Source: Sphingomicrobium sp. (lineage in GTDB: Bacteria; Pseudomonadota; Alphaproteobacteria; Sphingomonadales; Sphingomonadaceae). From it: a stretch of 64,000 nt of DNA. Within the stretch, counting starts at the first letter, position 1. Every line of letters begins with the position of its first letter. Shown piece after piece: positions 58,016 through 64,000 of the stretch. The translations under genes and the position numbers were made by a program. The notes below the pieces were generated by a model, which saw nothing but the letters and a program-made list of their open reading frames with translations, had not been told where the DNA came from and made no database searches. The stretch spans positions 8,467 to 72,466 of the forward strand of contig JBDTRT010000094.1 in the NCBI GenBank assembly GCA_039931595.1, in the 5' to 3' direction.

Positions 58016-58921
58016 TCAACCGGAGCTGGCGGCGGTTTTATCGATGAGGTCGATGCGCATGATAAGATCGAGGCACTGGCCCGGCTCGAGCACTTGCAGG
58101 CCAAGCACAAGCCATTGATTTTCGACGGCATTCAGCGCGGCATTGGCCTGGGTCACGGGCTCGGCCACAAAAATCCCGCCCGCCGCCGGCGAATAGAGCT
58201 GGAAGAAGCGCGCGGTCGGCGACGAAAGTTCGAGATCGACCGGCCAGTCCGGATCGCTCAGCCGCGCCCGCCCGCTCCATCCGCTAAAGCCGTGGTCGAG
58301 GTCCTGGCCGCAGACCAGCCGGTCGCCGAGGTCGAAGCGGCCGGATGCCGGCACCTTGTCGACCGGCAGGACATGCTGGTCGATGGTCCAGGCGTGGGTC
58401 ACCTGGGTGGCGATCCGGGTTTCCCCGCCGCAATTGAAATAGGGATGCTGGCCGAGCCCGCACGGCATCGGCTCGGCGGACAGGTTGCGGCAGGTCAAGC
58501 GCAGCGACAGCCCTTTGTCGTCGAGCTCGAAATGCTGCTCGGCGCGATACGCCCACGGCCATTCGCCCGGCGCGTGATCGAACGTCAGCACCGCCTCGGT
58601 CGGCGCCGCGCGTTCGACCTGCCACGGCGCGAGCCAACCTTGGCCGTGGAGCGGGCTGATGTCGCCGGCCATGTTCGGCGCCAACCGCGCGACGCGCCCG
58701 CGAAAGGTGAATTGACCGCCGCGAATGCGGTTGACGTAGGGCACGAGCGGGAAACTGGCGGCGTCCAGCACAGTTTGATGACAACTGTTGCAATTACGCA
58801 ATACGGGCCAGCGGCGATCGCTATCGATCACCGACAGTTCGGAAATACTTCCTCCAATCGAAGGACTTAAGCGCATCTCCAAGTTGCCGGCTGAGAGCGT
58901 GACATCGGGTTCGCTTGTCAT
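58016..58921 (-). CDS. Aldose 1-epimerase family protein
   Basis: FPLVPYVNRI, LHG, GQHPYF, LDHGF, AEPV. Confidence 0.88.
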   Translation of the reverse strand: MTSEPDVTLSAGNLEMRLSPSIGGSISELSVIDSDRRWPVLRNCNSCHQTVLDAASFPLVPYVNRIRGGQFTFRGRVARLAPNMAGDISPLHGQGWLAPWQVERAAPTEAVLTFDHAPGEWPWAYRAEQHFELDDKGLSLRLTCRNLSAEPMPCGLGQHPYFNCGGETRIATQVTHAWTIDQHVLPVDKVPASGRFDLGDRLVCGQDLDHGFSGWSGRARLSDPDWPVDLELSSPTARFFQLYSPAAGGIFVAEPVTQANAALNAVENQWLVLGLQVLEPGQCLDLIMRIDLIDKTAASSG

Positions 58922-59047
58922 TCCTGCACCTCAGCTTTCGCAACAATTCACCCAACCGCAACTTGGCTGGGGATAAAACCGCATTTGTCGTTGCGCGGGG
59001 ATTCGCGGGACGGGTAATTAACACCCCGGGGACCGGGGAGGGTTGAA

Positions 59048-59365
59048 ATGAATAGACGAGTCAAAGAGTTCGTCGAGATCGAGGACCATTCGTCGATCGA
59101 TGATTTGATCGCGAAATTGATCGAAGTGCGAGATTCGCTTCCGGCGGATGCGGAAGCCGAGCTGCGGCTGCGCGGCGACGACGTGTTTGGGCGCTCGCTT
59201 TCGATCTCCTATTTCCGCGACCAGACGGCCGAGGAAGCCGAGTGCGAGACGCGCTATGCCGCCGCCTACAAGGAAGCGCGCGAAAAGGAATTGACCAAGC
59301 TCCAGGCCGAACTCGGCGTGGTCTGCTACGCACCGCGCAAGGGCAAGCTGCGGATCGTCGCCTGA
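59048..59365 (+). CDS. Hypothetical protein
   Basis: RBS GGGGAGGG, host-like codon usage, downstream hairpin and T-run. Confidence 0.75.
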   Translation: MNRRVKEFVEIEDHSSIDDLIAKLIEVRDSLPADAEAELRLRGDDVFGRSLSISYFRDQTAEEAECETRYAAAYKEAREKELTKLQAELGVVCYAPRKGKLRIVA

Positions 59366-59369
59366 CGCC

Positions 59370-59397
59370 GCGGCGGACGTCCGCCGGCCGCTTTTTT
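59370..59397 (+). terminator. Probable intrinsic terminator
   Basis: GC-rich inverted repeat (GCGGC...GCCGC) followed by TTTTTT just after the stop codon. Confidence 0.6.
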
Positions 59398-59492
59398 GAA
59401 GATCGTCCGCCGGGTGCGGACCAAGCCGTCATTTCGGCCGCGCCGGTAACCGCTTCGTAATCCCTGCCAGACCAAAGTGCGGTCTTACCCGA

Positions 59493-59675
59493 ATGCAGGG
59501 GCGCGACTTGCACCGACCATCGACCATCTTGCTGTTGCTGCCGTTGATCGCGGCAACCGGTTGCAACCGTCCGTCTCGCCCGCCTGCAACGTCAGTCACC
59601 GTCAGGCTCCCACCCGCCCGGGAAGCGGAGCCCGCACCAGGCTTTTCGACTTCGATGGACGAACCAGGACGATAA
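59493..59675 (+). CDS. Putative small lipoprotein
   Basis: HRPSTILLLLPLIAATG-C lipobox-like signal followed by a short Pro-rich tail; start could be TTG 59508. Confidence 0.4.
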   Translation: MQGRDLHRPSTILLLLPLIAATGCNRPSRPPATSVTVRLPPAREAEPAPGFSTSMDEPGR

Positions 59676-59815
59676 TCGCAGGATTATCGCGTCGGCCGAC
59701 GTTAATTTCCTGAAAATCGCGCGAGTTGCAGGTCCGCCTGAAACGCTCCCCTGAGGCCGTCCCGATCTGCGGCGGACAACAGCAAGTAATAGAATGGCTT
59801 AGCCAATCTGGCGAC

Positions 59816-59840
59816 GGAACAGCGGGGATCACTCGACGTT
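59816..59840 (+). promoter_or_regulatory. EcfG (general stress sigma) promoter
   Basis: GGAAC-N16-CGTT, 31 bp upstream of the stress-protein ATG. Confidence 0.8.
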
Positions 59841-59871
59841 GGGTGGGGCAGTACCAATCAGGAGGATCCCA

Positions 59872-60405
59872 ATGACCAAGACCATCATTTCGGCAGTATT
59901 CGACGACCGCGCCGAGGCCGAGCGAGCCGTCCGCGAGCTGCGCAACGCCAACATTCCGGACAGCGCGATCTCTATCGTCGGCCGCCCCGACGAAGATCGC
60001 ACGATCAGCGACGGCGATCATGATCATGACGGGCACAGCAAGGGCGGGATTGCCGCCAGCGTGGTCGGCGGCGGTGTCGCCGGCGCAATCCTCGGCGTGG
60101 CCGCGCTGGCCATCCCCGGTGTCGGCCCGCTCGCCGCTGCCGGAGCGATCGCAGCCGCGGCCGTCCCGACCGCCGCCGGGGTTGGCGCCGCTGTCGGCGC
60201 GACCGGCGGAGCGATTGCTAAGATGCTGACCGACCACGACGTCGAAGGCCGCGACGCCGAATATTATGAAGAGCACATCCACAAGGGTGGCGTGTTCGTG
60301 TCGGTCGACACGCGCCAGGCCGACGGACAAGGCGAAACCGCGCAGGACATCCTCGACCGCGCCGGCGGGCACAGTGCCTCGCGACCGAAAGCCGCGGCGA
60401 TGTAA
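59872..60405 (+). CDS. General stress protein (YflT/17M-like, glycine zipper)
   Basis: AVFDDRAEAERAV..L, AIPGVGPLAAAG, AEYYEEHIHKGG; RBS AGGAGG. Confidence 0.8.
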   Translation: MTKTIISAVFDDRAEAERAVRELRNANIPDSAISIVGRPDEDRTISDGDHDHDGHSKGGIAASVVGGGVAGAILGVAALAIPGVGPLAAAGAIAAAAVPTAAGVGAAVGATGGAIAKMLTDHDVEGRDAEYYEEHIHKGGVFVSVDTRQADGQGETAQDILDRAGGHSASRPKAAAM

Positions 60406-60420
60406 CCAGACTATTGGCTC

Positions 60421-60444
60421 TCCGGCGGGGGCGACCCCGCCGGA
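60421..60444. terminator. Hairpin between convergent genes
   Basis: TCCGGCGGGG-GCGA-CCCCGCCGGA: perfect 10-bp stem with GNRA loop. Confidence 0.65.
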
Positions 60445-60448
60445 CGGG

Positions 60449-60967
60449 TCAATTCTTCTGCTTGGCCGAGCGGTCGAGCATGACGGGGTTGGTGAAGGCG
60501 AGGCCGAGCAGGCCGTCTTCGGCCCATTTGACCACCGCCGGGACCAGAATGCCGCCTTCGAACCGGACATAGACGTCGGCACCGGCCACAAGGTCGAGCG
60601 CGCTGTCGCCCATCGCCCCGCCTTCGGAAATGTTGTGGAGCGCGAAGTTGGTCGGCGAACCGTCGATCAGCAGTTGCAAGTCGCGGCCCTTGGCCGGCAT
60701 CCGCGGGTGACGCCTCTGGTTGCCCGACGCCGCCGGCTTGGCGGTGCCGCCAGCCGCGGCGCGATAGTCGCCGCGCGCTTCGGCGAGCGGGACCGCGGTG
60801 CCGCAAAAGCCGCATTCGGCGCTGACCCGGCCGATATACCATTGCGAACGGCCGCAGCCCGGGCAGTGATTGGCCTCGTTCGCGCGGTAGACGATGTGGT
60901 GGCCACGGTTGGCGAGCGCTGCCGCGAACGATGGTGTTGCCCGCTCGTAGACGAGAACATCCGGCAT
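60449..60967 (-). CDS. Zn-ribbon-PilZ domain protein
   Basis: CPGC...CGFC, then RRHPR (RxxxR) and NISEGG PilZ motifs; RBS AGGAG. Confidence 0.78.
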   Translation of the reverse strand: MPDVLVYERATPSFAAALANRGHHIVYRANEANHCPGCGRSQWYIGRVSAECGFCGTAVPLAEARGDYRAAAGGTAKPAASGNQRRHPRMPAKGRDLQLLIDGSPTNFALHNISEGGAMGDSALDLVAGADVYVRFEGGILVPAVVKWAEDGLLGLAFTNPVMLDRSAKQKN

Positions 60968-61093
60968 TGGTCAGGCTCCTGCACATGGCGAGGACGAACG
61001 CGGCCTCGATCCAAGGCTAGGCGCGAGAGCTTGAGAAGTGATTACCGACGCTTACGGGCGGAGCGGGCGGCCGCTTGCGGACCCGCGCCCGGC

Positions 61094-61582
61094 TCAGGCC
61101 GGCTGGAACCGCAGCGCCAGCCCGTTCATGCAATAGCGCAAGCCGGTCGGCTTGGGCCCGTCGCCGAACACGTGACCAAGGTGCCCGCCGCAGCGCGAGC
61201 AGAGGATTTCGGTGCCGAAGAACAGGTTGCGATTGCCGCGCGTTACGACTGCGCCGGGCAGCGCCCGATAGAAGCTTGGCCAGCCGGTGCCGCTGTCGAA
61301 CTTGGTGGTCGAGGCGAACAATGGATTGGCGCAGGCGGTGCACACAAAGCGACCGCGGCGATGCTCCTGATTGAGCGGGCTGGTGCCGGCCCGTTCGGTC
61401 CCGGCCTGGCGCAGGATGCGATAGCGTTCGGGACCGAGCCGCTTCCGCCATTCGGCGTCGGTCATGGTGACTGGAAAGCGGCCTGGAGCGGCCGCGCCGC
61501 CGCGCGACACCGCCAGAGCAGTGAGGCCAATGCCAAGCGCGCCAAGCAGGCCGCGGCGATCGAGGGGGGAGTTGGTCATCAT
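61094..61582 (-). CDS. msrB: Peptide-methionine (R)-S-oxide reductase, TAT-exported
   Basis: DRRGLL TAT motif; GTE, CTAC, KFDSGTGWPSF, CSRCGGHLGHVF.DGP, RYCMN. Confidence 0.94.
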   Translation of the reverse strand: MMTNSPLDRRGLLGALGIGLTALAVSRGGAAAPGRFPVTMTDAEWRKRLGPERYRILRQAGTERAGTSPLNQEHRRGRFVCTACANPLFASTTKFDSGTGWPSFYRALPGAVVTRGNRNLFFGTEILCSRCGGHLGHVFGDGPKPTGLRYCMNGLALRFQPA

Positions 61583-61590
61583 GCCTTATA

Positions 61591-61616
61591 TACGCGGCAA
61601 CCTGTCAGGCGGATGC
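61591..61616 (-). promoter_or_regulatory. SigK-like ECF promoter of msrB (probably leaderless transcript)
   Basis: Minus strand GCATCC-N16-CGTA, 8 nt before the ATG. Confidence 0.75.
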
Positions 61617-61620
61617 ACAG

Positions 61621-62343
61621 TCAGGCGCGCTCGAGTTTGCCCGAGGCAACCACCGGTCCGGTCGGCAGGCCGGTCGGCGAGCCGCCGATCGGTTCGACCG
61701 ACAGCGCCAGGGTGACGCCTTCGCGCAGCTGGCTGGCCATCGGCAGGTCCAAAGTCGCGCGCATTTTCGGGCCCGGCATGGTGCCGAGCGAGCGCGGTTT
61801 GCCGTCAGCCGGGATCATCCACAATTCGTGGGCGTGGTCGGGGCCGGGCCGAATGTCACTGGCGGCGGCGACCATCAGCCGGCGCTGGGCCGGGTTCCAG
61901 CTCGCCACCAATTTCATGTCGTGCGCATCGTCGTCGAGCATCGCCACCATCGGCGCCGGGGCTTCGACCGTGACCGGAGCAATGGCCGGCGGAGCGGCCG
62001 GCGGCGGCCGGGTGACCAGCACCAGGGCGAGCGAGGCGGCGAGCGCCATCGCCCCGCCGGCGATGCCGCGCCACAGCCCGACCCGGCGGCGCAGCTGGAT
62101 GACGTTGGCGCCGCTTGCGGCGGGCCCCGTGAGGCTGCGTTCGATCCCGCTCCACAGCGCGGCCGGCGGTTCGACCGAAGCGACTTCCTCGAGCAAAGGC
62201 GACAGCCGGCCCGACCAGCGCGCGATCTCCGCCCGGAAGCGCGGGTCCGACGCGGCCAGGGCGCGCGCCTGCGCCAGTTCGGGTCCACTCAACGCGCCGA
62301 GTGCAAATTCGGCGGCGAGCTGATCGCGGTCGTCGGGGCTCAT
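61621..62343 (-). CDS. RskA-family anti-sigma factor
   Basis: LAAEFALGAL, single TM, HELWMI, SLG, LALSVEPIGGSPTGLPTGPVV. Confidence 0.9.
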   Translation of the reverse strand: MSPDDRDQLAAEFALGALSGPELAQARALAASDPRFRAEIARWSGRLSPLLEEVASVEPPAALWSGIERSLTGPAASGANVIQLRRRVGLWRGIAGGAMALAASLALVLVTRPPPAAPPAIAPVTVEAPAPMVAMLDDDAHDMKLVASWNPAQRRLMVAAASDIRPGPDHAHELWMIPADGKPRSLGTMPGPKMRATLDLPMASQLREGVTLALSVEPIGGSPTGLPTGPVVASGKLERA

Positions 62344-62933
62344 GATGTCACCGGCTGTTCGAGGCACGAGCGCAGGCGCGACAGCCCGCGCCGGATCCAG
62401 CTTTTCATGGTTCCGAGCGGCACCGCCTGGCGCTGCGCCAGTTCGGGGTAGGTTGCGCCGTCGAGGAAGGCGGCGCGGATCATCGCGCTGTGCTGCGGGT
62501 CGAGCTGATCGAGGCAACTGGTCAGCCGCGCGCGCTCTTCGTTCTGTTCGATCACTTCGAACGCCGTCGGGCTGTCGTCGGCAACGTTGGCGGCGGCATC
62601 GAGCGGGTTGGTGCCGAGACTGCGCGCGCGGAGCCGGTCGATCGACTTGTTGCGCGCCATCACTGCCAGCCAGGTGATCGGACTGGCCTTGGCCGGATCG
62701 TACATCGCGGCCTTGCGCCAAACTGTCAGGAAGACGTCCTGGAGCACTTCCTGGGCGTCGTCCTCGCTCGGCAGGACGCGGATGCAGACCCCGTAGAGCT
62801 TGGCCGAGGTGCGCTCATACAGCGCTGCCAGAGCGGAGCGGTCGCCGGCGGCGATGCCGCTCAGCAGCGGCACCAGCTCACGGCTTGCCGCGGTGGGCGC
62901 CAGTGGTTCGGACTCAGGCACGGTTCGATCCAT
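62340..62933 (-). CDS. ECF sigma factor, SigK-like
   Basis: GDRSALAALY, AQEVLQDVF, ARNKSIDRLR, PLGTMKSWIRRGL; ATGA overlap with the anti-sigma. Confidence 0.92.
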   Translation of the reverse strand: MDRTVPESEPLAPTAASRELVPLLSGIAAGDRSALAALYERTSAKLYGVCIRVLPSEDDAQEVLQDVFLTVWRKAAMYDPAKASPITWLAVMARNKSIDRLRARSLGTNPLDAAANVADDSPTAFEVIEQNEERARLTSCLDQLDPQHSAMIRAAFLDGATYPELAQRQAVPLGTMKSWIRRGLSRLRSCLEQPVTS

Positions 62934-62974
62934 GCCGACCCCAATGAACCACCCGGGGCCCGGCGGAAAGCCCA

Positions 62975-63037
62975 CTCCGGCGGGAGAAGGTAACGCAGAT
63001 GCATAACGGGCTTGCATCTGTTCTTCTCCCGCCGGGG
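62975..63037. other. Long two-segment stem-loop upstream of the sigma gene
   Basis: CCGGCGGGAGAAG/CTTCTCCCGCCGG (13 bp) enclosing CAGATGCA/TGCATCTG (8 bp). Confidence 0.7.
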
Positions 63038-63091
63038 GCTGCCGGCAACAAGGGAACAACCGGCTGCAGACTATTCACTTAGTGCAATGGG

Positions 63092-63649
63092 TCAGGGCAT
63101 CAGCACATGATCGACGACGTGGATCACGCCGTTCGACTGCATCACATTGGCGATCGTGATGCGCGCCTGGCCGCCCTTCGAATCGACCACGACCCAGCCC
63201 GAACCGCGCTTGCGGAAGCGCAGGTTTTCGCCCTGGACGGTCTTGAGCGTCGCGGTGCCGTGATGGCGCGCGGCGAGGCTGGCGATCTGGCTCGCCGTGA
63301 TCCGCCCGGGGACGACATGGTAGGTCAGGATGTTGGTCAGCATGGCCTTGTTCTCGGGCTTGACCAGGGTCTCGACGGTGCCGGCCGGAAGCCGGTCAAA
63401 AGCGGCATTGGTCGGCGCGAAGACGGTGAACGGACCGGCGCTCGACAGCGTATCGACCAGGTCGGCGGCCTTGACCGCGGCGACCAGGGTCGTGTGGTCC
63501 TTCGAATTGACGGCATTGGCGACGATATTCTTGGTCGAATACATCGCGGCGCCGCCGACCATCGGGTTCTTGGCCGACGCCGAGGCGCCCACTGACAATG
63601 CCACGGCGGCGGTAAGGGCAAGCGCGGTACGCGAGCTGAACTTGGTCAT
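63092..63649 (-). CDS. Fasciclin (FAS1)-domain secreted protein, MPT70/Nex18-like
   Basis: Signal peptide; GPFTVFAPTNAAF, ILTYHVV, SNGVIHVVDHVLMP. Confidence 0.93.
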   Translation of the reverse strand: MTKFSSRTALALTAAVALSVGASASAKNPMVGGAAMYSTKNIVANAVNSKDHTTLVAAVKAADLVDTLSSAGPFTVFAPTNAAFDRLPAGTVETLVKPENKAMLTNILTYHVVPGRITASQIASLAARHHGTATLKTVQGENLRFRKRGSGWVVVDSKGGQARITIANVMQSNGVIHVVDHVLMP

Positions 63650-63694
63650 TCCTGGTCTCCTGTTGAGCTCAGCGTCACGAGCTGGCGGTCAAGT

Positions 63695-63720
63695 TACGGG
63701 GCAGTCAGGCGGGCGGATGC
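63695..63720 (-). promoter_or_regulatory. SigK-like ECF promoter of the fasciclin operon
   Basis: Minus strand GCATCC-N16-CGTA; boxes and spacing identical to the msrB promoter. Confidence 0.75.
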
Positions 63721-63825
63721 GGCGCGGCCAAAAGAAAATCTCCGGTCGGAGCAATTCAATGGGCTAGGTTATGACGCTGACATCGAACGTCATTCGACGA
63801 TCGAGCGGGCGGCAGTGGAGGGGTA

Positions 63826-64000
63826 ATGGCCAAGTTCGTGCTCGCGGTGCCGCGCCGGGCGGAAGCTGGCTCAATCGACCTGGCCGAGGTCGAGCGAGCC
63901 TGTGCCGCGCTCGCCCCCGACGACCTCGCGCTGGCGGTCCACGCGCAGCAGCCGAGCGCCGGAGTGATGGCCGCGATCCTCAACCCCTCGCCGGCAGTGC
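63826..64000 (+). CDS. Partial ORF running off the window (MAKFVLAVPRR...)
   Basis: ATG after RBS GGAGGGG; open to the window end. Confidence 0.45.
   Translation, partial: MAKFVLAVPRRAEAGSIDLAEVERACAALAPDDLALAVHAQQPSAGVMAAILNPSPAV

Overview
High-GC alphaproteobacterial chromosome segment, most consistent with Sphingomonas/Sphingomonadaceae (inferred from the gene set: class I LysRS, DUF885 lipoprotein, long RcnB-like protein, EcfG-type promoter). From left to right: (1) 1-10.2 kb is a mixed core region with lysS, a TAT-protein pseudogene carrying a nonsense codon plus an 8-bp duplication, DUF885, RcnB-like, an orphan 2Fe-2S subunit, a hydrolase, a lower-GC membrane-protein gene bracketed by two related ~28-bp palindromic repeats, and an anthraniloyl/salicylyl-CoA monooxygenase. 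(2) 10.2-24.2 kb is a surface-glycan cluster (deacetylase, 6 GT2, 2 GT4, oxidoreductase, epimerase, methyltransferase, Wzm/Wzt) whose last six genes alternate strictly in strand. (3) 26.0-55.7 kb is a ~30-gene catabolic island: three beta-less Rieske oxygenases, two ferredoxin types plus one reductase, four SDRs, CoA ligase and transferase, thiolase, Cys-less thiolase-like/DUF35 pair, IVD-type acyl-CoA dehydrogenase, acetoin-dehydrogenase-like TPP complex, cytochrome c-PQQ dehydrogenase and a TonB receptor. Five copies of a 22-bp palindrome AAAAACAnnCATGnnTGnTTTT lie in its promoter regions, the first next to a TetR gene. (4) 55.7-64 kb holds a second TonB receptor, tRNA-Ser(GCT), aldose epimerase, a stress gene with an EcfG-type promoter, a Zn-ribbon-PilZ fusion and a fasciclin/SigK-like sigma/RskA/MsrB module with two matching promoters. 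No integrase, transposase, CRISPR or rRNA was seen. The top leads are the TetR-operator-defined catabolic regulon of unknown substrate, the interdigitated two-strand (noncontiguous) operon architecture, and the repeat-flanked single-gene cassette. All calls rest on motif reading by eye; no database searches were run.
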